Positions 20,384-31,420 of a DNA stretch of 64,000 bases are shown piece after piece (within the stretch, counting starts at the first letter, position 1; each line of letters opens with the position of its first letter). A program made the translations under genes and the position numbers. The stretch is from an uncultured Acidobacteriota bacterium. Its GTDB lineage: Bacteria; Acidobacteriota; UBA6911. The notes below the pieces were generated by a model, which saw nothing but the letters and a program-made list of their open reading frames with translations, was not told where the DNA came from and did not search any database. The stretch is taken from assembly GCA_963827655.1 (NCBI GenBank), contig CAWHCF010000023.1:288001-352000 (forward strand), read 5' to 3'.

Positions 20384-21190
20384 TCAAGCGCCGAGCTTCG
20401 CAGCCAGCTCCTCGAAGCCGGCCGCCGTAATGTCAAAGGACGGATCCGCTGCTATATCGACAGCTCGTCCTTTTCCGAACTCGAGCGGTCTCTGAACGAA
20501 AGCCGTTCGCATGCCGATCTTCTGGGAGGCGCGCAGGTCTCCCTTGTGGGCCGCAACCATCATCACCTGTTCCGGCCGCAGCCCGAGCAGATCGCAGGCC
20601 ATCTGATATACCTCCAGATCGGGCTTGTAGCGCTTGATGAGCTCGGCCGAAAGAATGCAGTCCCAGGGGAGGCGCGCGTGCTTCGCCATATTGACCAGCA
20701 GGGCGACGTTGCCGTTCGAAAGGGTCGCGATGATGAATTTCCCGCGCAGGCGCGACAATCCTCTGACAGTGTCAGGCCACGGCTCGAGACGATGCCAGGC
20801 GCGGTTCAGATTCTGTTTCTCGGCCTCACTCAGTCCATCGATTTTGAACTCTACCAGCAGGCGGTCGAGAATCATCCGGTGCAGGGTGTCGATGTTGGTC
20901 CACGGAAGCTCTCCGCGGCGAACACGATCCATGGCGGGTCCGTAACCGGAACGCCACGCGTCGGCGAATCGCTCCCAGTCGCCTTCGATCCGCTTCGCCC
21001 GGCCCAGCGCCGAAGCTTCACGGATGATCGAGCCGCGCCAGTCGACGACCGTGCCGAACACGTCAAAGGTGAGCGCCTTGATCGAAGCCGGATCGAATCG
21101 GGTATCGGTCGCTTTCATTCCACGAGCCAGCATGGCCGCCGTGAGGCCCCGAAGAACATCGCGACGCCTGAGGCGAAGATAGCCGGACAT
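20384..21190 (-). CDS. Haloacid dehalogenase type II, Tat-like leader
   Basis: FDVFGTVVDW, LSNGN, YKPD, VAAHKGDL; RRRDVL leader. Confidence 0.9.
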   Translation of the reverse strand: MSGYLRLRRRDVLRGLTAAMLARGMKATDTRFDPASIKALTFDVFGTVVDWRGSIIREASALGRAKRIEGDWERFADAWRSGYGPAMDRVRRGELPWTNIDTLHRMILDRLLVEFKIDGLSEAEKQNLNRAWHRLEPWPDTVRGLSRLRGKFIIATLSNGNVALLVNMAKHARLPWDCILSAELIKRYKPDLEVYQMACDLLGLRPEQVMMVAAHKGDLRASQKIGMRTAFVQRPLEFGKGRAVDIAADPSFDITAAGFEELAAKLGA

Positions 21191-21227
21191 GCCACGATCC
21201 TAGCACTCCTGAGTTTCGGAACCAATC

Positions 21228-21243
21228 CTTAGGGCTCGCGCAG
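21228..21243. repeat. Solo terminal remnant of the MITE seen at 30707 and 60577
   Basis: ttagggctcgcgcag is the exact reverse complement of the right end of the 60577 copy (ctgcgcgagccctaa). Confidence 0.5.
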
Positions 21244-21304
21244 TCAGCAGCAATAACCGCTATTTTCACCCTGCTCCGCCCTCGCTCGCCGTCAGAATCG
21301 CGAG

Positions 21305-22174
21305 TTATTTCGGACCCCAGATCGAACGAGCGGTCTTCCCCAGTATCCAGGCGCGGTCCTCCGGCGACAGAAAGGGCAACCCTTTCGCCACGGCTGAGAG
21401 ACGCTCGGCGTAAGCGGGCTTGGGTAAGTGCATCGGGAAGTTGCTTCCCCACATCAAGCGACTGGCGCCGAAGGCAGCCAGGAGTTTCTGTTGAAAAGGA
21501 TGCAGATCAGGCCAGGGATACGAATCTCGCGACAGCCGGTAGTGCAACGAGACCTTGACATAGATCGTGGGATGCTTTGCCAGTCCGAGCAAACTTTCCC
21601 AGGCTCCGGAGTGCGATTTCGGATTCGGATCAACATGGCCCAGGTGGTCAATTACGAGGGTTAGGTTGGGGTGCTGCCGGGCCAGACGTCCGATGAGGCC
21701 GTGCAGATTCTGGTCACGATAAAGCAGCTGGACCGGCACTCGCAATTCCGTCGCGGCTCGCAGGAGGGGCGCGGCGCCCCCAGCCGCCACGCCTTCGACA
21801 ATTTGAGGCTGCAACAGATGAAGTCTCACACCCCGCAGCCCTTCCTCGTCGAATTGCTTTCTCAGCGCATACGGAGCCCTCGGTGCCAGTGGATCAGGCA
21901 AGTATCCAAGCCCGGCGAATCGATCCCCGTGCATTTGTATCGAGTGAATCAGGTAATTGTTGTTCTCGCCATACCAGGGAGTCTGAACCAGGAGGGCCCG
22001 GCCGACACCGTTGGCATCCATCAAGCGAAGCAAGTGCTCCACGGAGCCATCGAAATCGGGAAGCGGACTACCAGGCAAATCGATGGGTGGATCCGATACG
22101 CGGTCTCCGGGCCAGACATGGACATGCGCGTCAAAGATTTCATCGCGTTTCACGGTCCCTTGCCCGAGTGTCAT
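21305..22174 (-). CDS. Amidohydrolase-2 family (lactonase-like)
   Basis: [24 protein letters not shown]. Confidence 0.88.
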   Translation of the reverse strand: MTLGQGTVKRDEIFDAHVHVWPGDRVSDPPIDLPGSPLPDFDGSVEHLLRLMDANGVGRALLVQTPWYGENNNYLIHSIQMHGDRFAGLGYLPDPLAPRAPYALRKQFDEEGLRGVRLHLLQPQIVEGVAAGGAAPLLRAATELRVPVQLLYRDQNLHGLIGRLARQHPNLTLVIDHLGHVDPNPKSHSGAWESLLGLAKHPTIYVKVSLHYRLSRDSYPWPDLHPFQQKLLAAFGASRLMWGSNFPMHLPKPAYAERLSAVAKGLPFLSPEDRAWILGKTARSIWGPK

Positions 22175-22716
22175 TTCAGTCCCGCGAGAGTCGGACGTGA
22201 TCGCCGGTAAAGATCGAGGGCGGAATGGATGATCCTGTGCGCTTCAGGGCGTCCACGCGGCGTTTCGACTCTGACTCGTTTGTTCTCGAGAATCTTGTAG
22301 TCGAGGAAGAAGCGCTCGAGTTCTCGCAGCTTATGCTGGGGCAACTCAGAGATATCCGTGTAGTGATTGAACTCCGGATCGTCGGATTGAACCGCAATTA
22401 TTTTGTCGTCCTCCCCTTTCTCGTCCACCATCATCATGACGCCGATGGCTCGGCAACGCACAATGCAGAGGGGATGGACCGGCTCTTGCGCAAGCGCGAG
22501 CACGTCGAGGGGATCACCGTCTTCACAGAAAGTCCGGGGTATGAACCCGTAGTTGGCCGGATAGTGGACCGCGCTGTAGAGGACTCGATCCAGGATCAGC
22601 ATTCCGGTTTTCTTGTCCATCTCATACTTGTTCTTCGAACCCTTCGGAATCTCGATCACGGCGAGGAATCCCTGCTCGATGTTCAATCCGGGATCCAGAT
22701 CATGCCAAGGATTCAT
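22171..22716 (-). CDS. ppa: Inorganic pyrophosphatase (family I)
   Basis: [33 protein letters not shown]. Confidence 0.96.
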   Translation of the reverse strand: MNPWHDLDPGLNIEQGFLAVIEIPKGSKNKYEMDKKTGMLILDRVLYSAVHYPANYGFIPRTFCEDGDPLDVLALAQEPVHPLCIVRCRAIGVMMMVDEKGEDDKIIAVQSDDPEFNHYTDISELPQHKLRELERFFLDYKILENKRVRVETPRGRPEAHRIIHSALDLYRRSRPTLAGLK

Positions 22717-22719
22717 CTT

Positions 22720-22754
22720 GATTTACGATTGACGATTGACGATTGACGATTGAA
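22720..22754. repeat. Heptamer tandem repeat (GATTGAC)n
   Basis: gatttacgattgacgattgacgattgacgattgaa; a shorter array lies at ~26728-26748. Confidence 0.8.
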
Positions 22755-22942
22755 CACGTTTACTCCCCAATAACATGATGGAGCTTACCACACTCGCTTC
22801 GAGCTTGCCGCCGATTGGACTGGCGGAGGCGGGTTAACCGCCGACAGAAGAAGACGCCAAGCGAACGGTCCCGATATCATATCGATATTCGCCTGCCGAA
22901 TATTCAACCTCTGCCCCCCGCAAAATGAGGTAGACTGAACCC

Positions 22943-23386
22943 GTGAAAATCGCATTGGGCAGCGATCACGCCGGGTACGATCTCAAGGAGAAGGTCAAAG
23001 GATTCCTGAGCGGAATGGGAATCGAGGTCCACGACGCCGGCACAGTATCCACCGATAGCGTCGACTACCCCGACTTTGCGAAGCAGGTGGCCGTACAGGT
23101 TCGCGATGGCAAGGTCGATCGGGGCATTCTCATGTGTGGAACCGGAGTGGGTGTATGCATCGCGGCCAACAAGTTCCGAGGGATCCGAGCGGCCCTCGCC
23201 TCCGATCCCGAGATCGCGCGCCTGAGCCGGCAGCACAATGATGCCAATATCTTGTGCCTGGCGAGTCGGTTTACTGACGCAAAGAAGGCGCAGGAGCTGG
23301 TGAAAATCTGGCTGGAGACCGACTTCGAGGGAGGCCGGCATCAGCGTCGCCTGGAAAAGATTCAGAAGCTGGAGCAGGAGCGCTGA
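22943..23386 (+). CDS. rpiB: Ribose-5-phosphate isomerase B
   Basis: GSDHAG, DYPDFA, CGTGVG, HNDANIL, FEGGRHQRR. Confidence 0.96.
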   Translation: MKIALGSDHAGYDLKEKVKGFLSGMGIEVHDAGTVSTDSVDYPDFAKQVAVQVRDGKVDRGILMCGTGVGVCIAANKFRGIRAALASDPEIARLSRQHNDANILCLASRFTDAKKAQELVKIWLETDFEGGRHQRRLEKIQKLEQER

Positions 23387-23434
23387 CCATCAAGACGCGA
23401 AGAGCGCCCAGAACACTTCGCCAGGAAACAACTT

Positions 23435-24698
23435 ATGAATGATTCCATTTTCGAAGTCGATCCTGAAGTAGCATCCGCCATCGCCATGGAGACACGGCGG
23501 CAGAATGAAAACCTGGAGCTTATCGCTTCGGAGAATTTCGTGAGCGAAGCTGTGCTGGAAGCCACCGGCTCGGTCTTCACCAACAAATATGCCGAGGGTT
23601 ATCCAGGCAAGCGTTATTACGCCGGATGCGAGTTTGTTGACAAGGTCGAGACCCTGGTCCAGACGCGGGCCAAGAAACTATTCGGCGCTGAACATGTGAA
23701 CGCGCAGCCGCATTCCGGAACCCAGGCCAACGTGGCGGTCTACATGACCGTGTGCAAACCGGGCGACACGATTCTGGGGATGAACCTGGCTCATGGCGGG
23801 CATCTGACTCACGGCCATCCTTTGAACTTCTCGGGCAAGATGTATCGCGTCCAGGCCTACGGCGTGACGGCCGAAACCGAACAGATCGACTACGACGAGC
23901 TGGCGCGCCTGGCTCAGGAGCACAAGCCTCGCCTCATCGTGTGCGGCGCGAGCGCGTATCCCAGGATTATCGATTTCGCGCGCATCGGAGAGATCGCCCG
24001 GTCTGTCGGAGCACGCTCGATGGCGGACATCGCGCATATCGCCGGCATGGTGGCCACCGGGCTTCATCCCAGTCCTATCCAGCACATGGATTTCGTGACC
24101 ACCACGACGCACAAGACGCTGAGGGGACCGCGCGGCGGACTGATCATGTGCAAGGAAGAATTCGCCAAAGACGTGGACAAGGTGGTTTTTCCGGGAACCC
24201 AAGGAGGTCCGCTGGTCCACGTCATCGCCGCCAAAGCAGTCTGTCTGAACGAAGCTCTCAAGCCCGACTTCGCCGAGTACCAGCGACAAATAGTCGCCAA
24301 CGCCAAAGCGCTTGCAAATACGCTCATGGCGGGAGGGTTTTCGGCTGGTTTCAGGCGGAACGGACAATCACCTGATGCTGGTGGATGTGTTCAGCCGGGG
24401 CATCACCGGCAAGGACGCCGAGCAATCCCTGGAAAAAGCCAACATCACGGTAAACAAGAATGCGATTCCGTTCGACAAGAATCCGCCCATGGTGGCGAGC
24501 GGTATCCGCATAGGGACTCCCGCGGTAACGACTCGCGGGATGCGGGAAAAGGAAATGGAAACCATCGGACGACTGATCGCCCGGGTGCTGCGCGCGCCGG
24601 CCGATCAAGAAGGCCGGCGCCAGGTCCGTCAGATGGTCCTTGACCTTTGCGATAAATTCCCGCTTTATTCGAAACGAATGGCGGTCATCGCGAAGTAA
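23435..24698 (+). CDS. glyA: Serine hydroxymethyltransferase; extra base in a T run at ~24340 (likely sequencing error)
   Basis: [31 protein letters not shown]; SGGTDNHL...GIRIGTPA continues in ORF 24312-24698. Confidence 0.95.
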
Positions 24699-24738
24699 AT
24701 CTGCGAGGTATTTCCTTCTAGCTGTCTTCATGGGAAGA

Positions 24739-26686
24739 ATGATTTCCGGGGCCAAGCTGAAAGAGTTCCTGGGGCCGAATGGAGTCATCGCCCGGGATCA
24801 TCCCAATTATGAGTTTCGTCCGGCGCAGGTTCGAATGGCGCAGGCTATCCTGCACGCCATCGAACAACGCCATCATCTTTGCGTCGAGGCGGGCACAGGG
24901 ACAGGTAAGACTCTGGCCTATCTGCTTCCCAGCATTTTCAGCGGCAAGCGGATAGTCATCTCCACCGGCACCAAAAACCTGCAGGAACAGCTTTTTTTCA
25001 AGGACGTCCCGTTTCTGGAGAAGGCGCTGGGTCGCAAGCTGTCGGTCTGTTACATGAAAGGCCGCAGTAACTACCTCTGTCTGAAAAAGCTGGCCGAGAT
25101 CGATGGAGAGGGATACCTCTTTTCGCGGCATGATCCCGAGTATCTGGCCCAGATCAGGGATTGGGCGGGAAAGACCGAAACCGGAGATCGCGCGGAGCTG
25201 AAGGAGCTTCCGGACGAGCTGCTGTTGTGGCGCCACCTGGATGCGCGCCGGGAAACCTGCACGGGTCAAAAGTGCGCGGACTTCGATAGTTGTTTTGTGA
25301 CGCGGGTCCGAAAGCGAGCCCTGGAATCCGACATCATCATTGTGAATCACCATCTCTTCTTTGCGGATCTTGCGCTCAAGCAGGGAGACTTCGGGTCGGT
25401 GCTACCGAGTTATTCCGTTGTGGTCTTCGACGAGGCGCACGAGCTGGAGGATGTAGCGACGGACTACTTCGGCGTCATGGTCAGTAATTACCGGCTGGAG
25501 GAGCTCGTGCGCGATACCGAGAAAGCTCTCACGGACGCAGGCTCTCCTTCGACATTCGTAGAGAAGCAGCTCTCGAGGCTTTCCGTTTCTACGACAGAGT
25601 TTTTTGGCTGTTTCCGAGGGAAAGACGGACGTTACCCGTCTCGCAGAGCTGGGCGAAGGACTCGAAACGCGGCGGGGTCCCCAAGGCGTGGGAGACGCTT
25701 ATCGAGCGCTGATCGCCCAATTGGCCGTCATCGAAAGCGGCCTGGCGAATCTCGCGGTTCAAAACGATGCCATCGAGTCCTTGGCCCGGCGGGCATCCGA
25801 GCTGCAGGACGAGCTCACCACCGTATTGGAATCGAGCTCCAGAGAACATGTTTACTGGTACGAATTGCGGGGGCGCGGCGTTTTTCTCTGGGCGTCCCCC
25901 ATTCGTGTCGCCACGGTTTTGAAAGAGCGCCTGTTCGCCAAAACCGACACCGTGATCCTCACGTCCGCGACCCTCGCCACCGGGAATAACTTCGAATTCA
26001 TACGATCGCGCCTCGGGCTGGAAACCTCGGAGGAGCTGATCCTGGGATCTCATTTTGATTTCACACGGCAGGCAATTTTCTATGTTCCACGAGATATACC
26101 GGAACCGCGCGAACAGGACTGGGTGAAGCAAGCCTGTCTGCAACTGGAAAAAATTCTCGATGCGAGCCGGGGGCGCGCCTTCGTGCTTTTCACCAGTTAC
26201 GCTCAGATGCAGCTGGTCTATCGCTCTCTCAAGGGCAGGCTGAGCTTTCCCATGCTGCTCCAGGGAGAAAAAAGCAAGAGCGGGCTACTGGAGGAATTTC
26301 GTGAGACACCGAACTCAGTCCTTTTTGCCACCAGCAGTTTCTGGCAGGGCGTGGATGTTCAGGGTGAGAAGCTGAGCTGTGTGGTCATCGACAAACTGCC
26401 GTTCGCGGTGCCAAGCGACCCGGTGGTAGCAGCGCGCATCCGGTACTTGAACGAGACCGGCGGCAACGCTTTCTACGACTACCAGATTCCAGAAGCAATC
26501 ATTCTCCTCAAGCAAGGCCTTGGGCGTCTGATCCGCAGCCGAACGGACCGCGGGATCCTGGCGCTGCTCGACAAGCGAATCCTCACGAAGAGCTACGGCT
26601 GGACCTTTCTGCACAGCCTGCCTCCGGCCCCGCTGACTCACGACGCCCAGGACCTTCACGACTTCATAGGGTCGTCGGCTTCGTGA
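24739..26686 (+). CDS. DinG/YoaA-family ATP-dependent helicase; frameshift near 25630
   Basis: EAGTGTGKT, KGRSNYLC, VNHHL, DEAH; second half SATL, LFTSY, FWQGVDV, QGLGRLIR. Confidence 0.9.
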
Positions 26687-26870
26687 TTTCTTGGGTCTTC
26701 GCCGGCCTTCGGGTCGACCGTCCCGAACGATTGACGATTGACGATTGCAGATCTGACCAATATGAAGGTCCGTTTCTGCTTGTCAGCGTGAGAGCATTCT
26801 GTGGAGAAGCTTCACCAGGAGCACGCGTTTCGCTCAATCACAATCGATCGCTTCGGTAGTCTGCAGAACG

Positions 26871-26899
26871 TTGACACAAAGGCAAAGCGGGTTCAAAAT
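26871..26899 (+). promoter_or_regulatory. Putative sigma-70 promoter
   Basis: TTGACA-17 nt-CAAAAT upstream of the GGAGG RBS and ATG at 26955. Confidence 0.45.
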
Positions 26900-26954
26900 A
26901 CAAGCCAAGTTTCCGAATCAGTGCCTTTTCATCGGGGGTCTGCAAGGAGGATAC

Positions 26955-27989
26955 ATGCATAAGCACTTTCGAAGGTTCGCCGGATGCGTGACCTTATCGG
27001 CTGTGCTGGTTCTGATGGTGACTGTTCCGGCCGCGAGCCAGAACCGGATCATAAAAGGGAAAGTTACGAACGAGAAGGGGGAGCCGGTCGTGGGCGCCGC
27101 CGTAGTGATCCAGGGGACGGACGTCAAACGAGATTACCCGGTAAAGACCGATAAGAAGGGTGAGTACTTCTACATGGGAATCCCCTTCGGTGAGTACCGG
27201 GTCATCGTTCGCGCGCAGGGGTACAACCCGGATTTCGCCTCGGGCATCAAGCCGACCATGGCACAGGAATCCGAAGTTAACTTCACGCTCAAGCCCGGCA
27301 GGCCGGACAGCAAGCTGCCTTTCGAACTCACGCCGCAAGAGCTGGAAAAAATGAAGCAGGAACGGGCCGACGCCGAGAAGCAGAAGCAGGCGACCGGTGA
27401 AGTGAAGACACTCTTCGAAGGGGGACTGGCGCTGGCCCAGCAGGGCAAGTACGCGGAAGCGGCCGAGGAATACAAGAAGGCGATCGAGAAAGATCCTCAG
27501 CAGCCTTACGTTTTCGCCAATCTGGCGGATGCCCTGTCCAGGAACAACCAGCTGCCCGAGGCCCTGGACGCCTACCAGAAGGCTATTGCGCTGAAGCCGG
27601 ATGACGCGGCTATGTACACCAACATGGGAGTGCTGCTGGGGAAAATGGGAAAGACGGCCGAGTCACAGGAAGCCTTCAAGAAGGCGGCCTCGATCAATCC
27701 TGGCGCAGCGGCTCAGAACTTCTTCAATCTTGGAGCGACCCTGGTAAACAGCGGCAAATCCGCCGACGCGGCCGAGGCGTTCAAACAGGCCATTGCTGCC
27801 GATCCGAACTTCGCGGAGGCCTACTACCAGCTTGGGATCTGCCTGTCGGGGAATCCGGCGACAATTTCGGAGTCCATTAAAGCGCTACAGAAGTACATCG
27901 AAATCGGAAAGAACGCGGAGCAGGTCGAAGTGGCCAAGCAGCTTATCGCTGCGCTGGCCCCACAGGAAAAAGGAAAGAAGAAACCGTAA
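26955..27989 (+). CDS. Secreted TPR protein with carboxypeptidase-regulatory-like N-domain
   Basis: RBS aggagg; signal peptide; IKGKVTNEKGEPV; multiple TPRs (YQKAIALKPD, FKQAIAADPNFAEAYYQLG). Confidence 0.88.
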   Translation: MHKHFRRFAGCVTLSAVLVLMVTVPAASQNRIIKGKVTNEKGEPVVGAAVVIQGTDVKRDYPVKTDKKGEYFYMGIPFGEYRVIVRAQGYNPDFASGIKPTMAQESEVNFTLKPGRPDSKLPFELTPQELEKMKQERADAEKQKQATGEVKTLFEGGLALAQQGKYAEAAEEYKKAIEKDPQQPYVFANLADALSRNNQLPEALDAYQKAIALKPDDAAMYTNMGVLLGKMGKTAESQEAFKKAASINPGAAAQNFFNLGATLVNSGKSADAAEAFKQAIAADPNFAEAYYQLGICLSGNPATISESIKALQKYIEIGKNAEQVEVAKQLIAALAPQEKGKKKP

Positions 27990-28052
27990 CGGCTTCTTGG
28001 TGTTTCCTCGTGTCCTGGCGGTATTCGTTTCACCGCCCAGTCGCGCCGATTT

Positions 28053-28769
28053 CTATTTCCTGGCTTTAGACGAGAAAAGGTTTTCCGCCCGGCGGCATCC
28101 TACATCCGCAAGGCTTTGAAGGGCGGCGAGCGCCGATTCTGCCACTATAGGGGTGCGGTCGTCCATGAGCTCCTGGATGCGCTTGAGAGTCGAGTCGGCA
28201 ATCTCATTCGGACGATGCCAGTAGGCGACTGCAAGCTCCGAAAGCGTCAGCGCGCGAGTATCCGGGTCCTTATGGTGGGTCAGTTCCAGCAGAGCCTGTA
28301 ACGAACGCTCTCCCCCCTGCTGGGCAATGGTGCCAAGTGATTCAACGATCCACTTGCGAAGCTTCCCGCTCCCTTTCTTCCCTTCCGGCCGACTGTTGAG
28401 AATCGGCAAGAAAAAGTCCACGGCCGCATCATCTCCAATCGCGCCCACGGCTTCGATGACCGCCTGCAGACACTCGTCTCCGCCGAATTCCCGCGCCTGT
28501 TCTGCCTCGGTAAAGGCCTTTTTCAAAGGTTCCAGGAACTCCTGGCTGCCTATGGCTCCCATGGCGTACGCGGCGAATTCGCGTCGCTTGGCGTCATCAT
28601 GACGCAGCAGCGCGAGGAGGTGCTCGTTGAACCGGGGATCGCGAATAACCCCGAGACGCGGAACGATCTCAAAGAGCGAATCGGGATCCCCTGATTCCAG
28701 GACCCTCAGACAATCCCGAATGATTTCTTCGGAGAAACGCGGTTTTCTTTTCGGAAGAGGTTCTTTCAA
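28053..28769 (-). CDS. HEAT-repeat protein
   Basis: RREFAAYAMGAIG, AVIEAVGAIGD, IVESLGTI repeats. Confidence 0.8.
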   Translation of the reverse strand: MKEPLPKRKPRFSEEIIRDCLRVLESGDPDSLFEIVPRLGVIRDPRFNEHLLALLRHDDAKRREFAAYAMGAIGSQEFLEPLKKAFTEAEQAREFGGDECLQAVIEAVGAIGDDAAVDFFLPILNSRPEGKKGSGKLRKWIVESLGTIAQQGGERSLQALLELTHHKDPDTRALTLSELAVAYWHRPNEIADSTLKRIQELMDDRTPIVAESALAALQSLADVGCRRAENLFSSKARK

Positions 28770-28863
28770 TTCGTCAAGCCCGAGCCGCCACGCGGTTTGG
28801 GAAGAACTCGCAAAAAACGATTAACATTATATCATCACTGGTCATTTCATACCGGAAAGTAGG

Positions 28864-29205
28864 TCATTTGGCCGATACTCCGCGTCCCGGAGTTTCCTGG
28901 GCGCCGTTCTCAGCTCGCGGCCGAAGACCCTCCAGAGCAAACTTCTGCTTGCAGGCATCGGAGCAGAAGAAGAAGACCCCGTTCTTGTGGTCCATCCTGA
29001 CGGCGACCCTGGGATCCAGATACATCCCGCATACAGGATCTTTAACGGTCGTCGAACGAACTCCTTTGGGCTGCGCCGGAGGAACGTGAAGCCGGCGCGC
29101 ATCGAACAATCGACGCAACAGCCGAACTACAATCAGGAGCGTCATGACTACGACAAATACTCGCATTGCCAGCGTAAACATGGTCTCTCTCTGCTTATCT
29201 GCCAC
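28864..29205 (-). CDS. YHS/TRASH-domain membrane protein
   Basis: N-terminal TM; KDPVCGMY...FFCSDAC. Confidence 0.85.
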   Translation of the reverse strand: MADKQRETMFTLAMRVFVVVMTLLIVVRLLRRLFDARRLHVPPAQPKGVRSTTVKDPVCGMYLDPRVAVRMDHKNGVFFFCSDACKQKFALEGLRPRAENGAQETPGRGVSAK

Positions 29206-29794
29206 CCGACTTGAGCTGGTTGATTCTTTGCTCCAAGGCGGCTCGCTGAGGCAGATTGGGATTCGATCGAAGGAGTTCTTCCCAAACGGCTATGGCTCCG
29301 TTCGCGTCTTTTTTGCCCGCGTGGAGCACGACACCCTTGTTGAACAATGCCTGGGCAAAAGAAGGACTGTATTGCAGGACACGGTCCAGAATTTCGATTG
29401 CCTTGTCGTGCTGTCCCAGATAATGCAGGCACGCAGCGAGGTCCGTTTCGACCCGCGCATCCCGCGGTTTTAACGCCAGGCTTTGCTGGTAGGCTTCGGC
29501 TGCTTTCTCGTACTGTCCGACGTCATAATAGATGTTGCCGATCTTGGTCTTGTACTCTGCATTTCCCGGGTTGGCGCGGCTCATCTGCTCAAGCGCCATA
29601 AGGTCTTTCGCGTAATCGATAGGCGGGTGATTCTCCGGAAGCGGTGGATGGTCCGGAGGCAGGTTGCTGGCCGCGGGAGGTTGAATGACCGGGGTCTGCC
29701 CCTGACCAGAACCAAGATAGTAAATCGTCCAGCCACCCAATGCCGCCACCACGCACGCAAAGATAAGATTCACGCGCTTTCGGTCACTGTTCAT
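29195..29794 (-). CDS. Membrane-anchored TPR protein
   Basis: N-terminal TM, LPPDHPP motif, three TPRs. Confidence 0.82.
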   Translation of the reverse strand: MNSDRKRVNLIFACVVAALGGWTIYYLGSGQGQTPVIQPPAASNLPPDHPPLPENHPPIDYAKDLMALEQMSRANPGNAEYKTKIGNIYYDVGQYEKAAEAYQQSLALKPRDARVETDLAACLHYLGQHDKAIEILDRVLQYSPSFAQALFNKGVVLHAGKKDANGAIAVWEELLRSNPNLPQRAALEQRINQLKSGGR

Positions 29795-29901
29795 AATGTA
29801 GCTTAATGTTACGGAACAGGCTCAAGTCATGCCAGAGAAATAACGGTTCGTCGCATTGGGACAAGATGCATGGCCGGCCATGACAATAAGAATAACAGAA
29901 T

Positions 29902-30660
29902 TCAGAAGTGGAGTTGGAGTTCCGAAAAGCTCCGGAGTTGCAGTAGCCGGGGATGTTTTATCGGCTCTTCGTGTTCCAGAACCCAGGTGTGCGGGTGAGG
30001 AATGAAGACGGCGCTGAGACCTGCGCCCAGGGCCGGATTGATGTCTGAGCGGGGGCTGTTGCCGATCATCCAGGTAGAAGAAGATTCCCAGGCGTGCGCT
30101 TCCAGCAGATTCAGGTAAGTATCGATGCTCTTCTCCGAAACAATCTCGACCCCCTGAAAATATCTACCCAGGCCCGAGGATTCAATTTTGCGCGACTGCT
30201 CTTCGCGGTGTCCTTTGGTAACCAGGCATAGAGAATGCCTGGATGAAAGATAAGCGAGCGTCTCCGCGACTCCATCGATGATCTCAAGAGGCTGCTTCAT
30301 GATCTGGAGCGCAAGTTCCTCCACCTCGATCCTGAGCTTGTTGCCTGGGTCCGGCACAAGATACCGTTCGCACGCCTTCACCAGGCAGCGGCTGAAATTC
30401 AGAGTGCCGTAGCCGTGAATCGGAATGTGCCGGCGCTCCACTTCATTCAGGTATTCCCTGAACGCTTCGGGCGCAACCCTGAACGGCTGCAGGAGCGCCT
30501 GAACGGAAGCGATCACTCTTTCGAAGTAGATGTTGTTTTCCCAGAGCGTATCGTCTGCGTCGATGAGCAGGTTTTGCCGCTGTGCGATTTCCAAGATCGA
30601 TCCTTGCGAAAAAGATGGAGAATACAACAAGGCCTTCGCATCGACAACAGGAAGGAACAC
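29902..30660 (-). CDS. HAD-family hydrolase
   Basis: DADDTLWENN, VTKG, MIGNSPRSDINP; true start uncertain. Confidence 0.87.
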   Translation of the reverse strand: MFLPVVDAKALLYSPSFSQGSILEIAQRQNLLIDADDTLWENNIYFERVIASVQALLQPFRVAPEAFREYLNEVERRHIPIHGYGTLNFSRCLVKACERYLVPDPGNKLRIEVEELALQIMKQPLEIIDGVAETLAYLSSRHSLCLVTKGHREEQSRKIESSGLGRYFQGVEIVSEKSIDTYLNLLEAHAWESSSTWMIGNSPRSDINPALGAGLSAVFIPHPHTWVLEHEEPIKHPRLLQLRSFSELQLHF

Positions 30661-30706
30661 TCAGCTGGAGATGCCAGACCTTTGCCTTCCTCGGAGACTT
30701 TGCCCT

Positions 30707-30947
30707 TAGGGTGCGCGCAGAAATGAGTTCGCATTCTGCTGCAGGCCCCCAGGTACGCTGGCGAGGCGCGCGCGACGATGCGTACCCCAGGGGCAGTACG
30801 TGAGGAGCGAGCAACAAAGCCTGCGGGCTGCAGCCCGAAGGGGCGCGATCCTGAGAATGCCAGGCTTCGCGGCAAACGGAAACCCGGTTCAAAAAAATGG
30901 CCACCGACTCTCGCGCCAGAATGTGAAGTTATTTCTGCGCGAGCTCC
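30707..30947. mobile_element. MITE-like non-autonomous element, copy 1
   Basis: ~31-bp terminal inverted repeats (agggtgcgcgcagaaatgagttcgcattctg / cagaatgtgaagttatttctgcgcgagc); similar along its length to 60577-60811. Confidence 0.85.
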
Positions 30948-30975
30948 TGGCTGCCGTTCCGCCTGGAGCGCGCAG

Positions 30976-31398
30976 TCAGGAGGTCTGTTTGGCAACGAGT
31001 TCGGCGATTAATGTTTTGGGCGCCGTCAGGCGATAGGCGTCCACCAGGATGGTTTCGACTTCTATCCAGTCAACCTGAGTCGTATCGAGCCACAAGCCGA
31101 TCCAGCCAAGGTGACCAACATGCTTTGGGATGTGAAATCGGCCTGGGACCTGTCTCGCCAACTGTTGGGCAACACCGCGTGGAGCTTTGCAGTGAAGCGC
31201 GAGCCGTCCATCACCGTGATGGTCATCCAGATACCAGCCAAAGCGCTTTCGACGGACTTCAAGGCTCAAGTGATTGCCAGCGGGTACCGTGCACGCCTCA
31301 GGAAGTCTTTCAACAATGGCGACGACACGAACTCGCCGTTCGTCGCCGACTTTCCCCCTCAGCTTGAATGACCTCTGTTGGTCGGTACTTTCATCCAT
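30976..31398 (-). CDS. MmcQ/YjbR-family protein
   Basis: LEVRRKRFGWYLDDHHGDGR, RFHIPKHVGHLGWIGLWLD, DAYRLTAPK; start uncertain. Confidence 0.75.
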   Translation of the reverse strand: MDESTDQQRSFKLRGKVGDERRVRVVAIVERLPEACTVPAGNHLSLEVRRKRFGWYLDDHHGDGRLALHCKAPRGVAQQLARQVPGRFHIPKHVGHLGWIGLWLDTTQVDWIEVETILVDAYRLTAPKTLIAELVAKQTS

Positions 31399-31420
31399 TG
31401 CACGCAGCTTGGCGAAGCCC

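Noticed and set aside
24330-24350. Programmed frameshift in glyA
   Set aside because: A single extra T in a homopolymer, in an assembly with many similar indels; no such recoding is known to me for glyA
30443-31036. ORFs overlapping the MITE, with similar peptides at 60247-60813
   Set aside because: The similarity comes from the repeated DNA element; no transposase motifs
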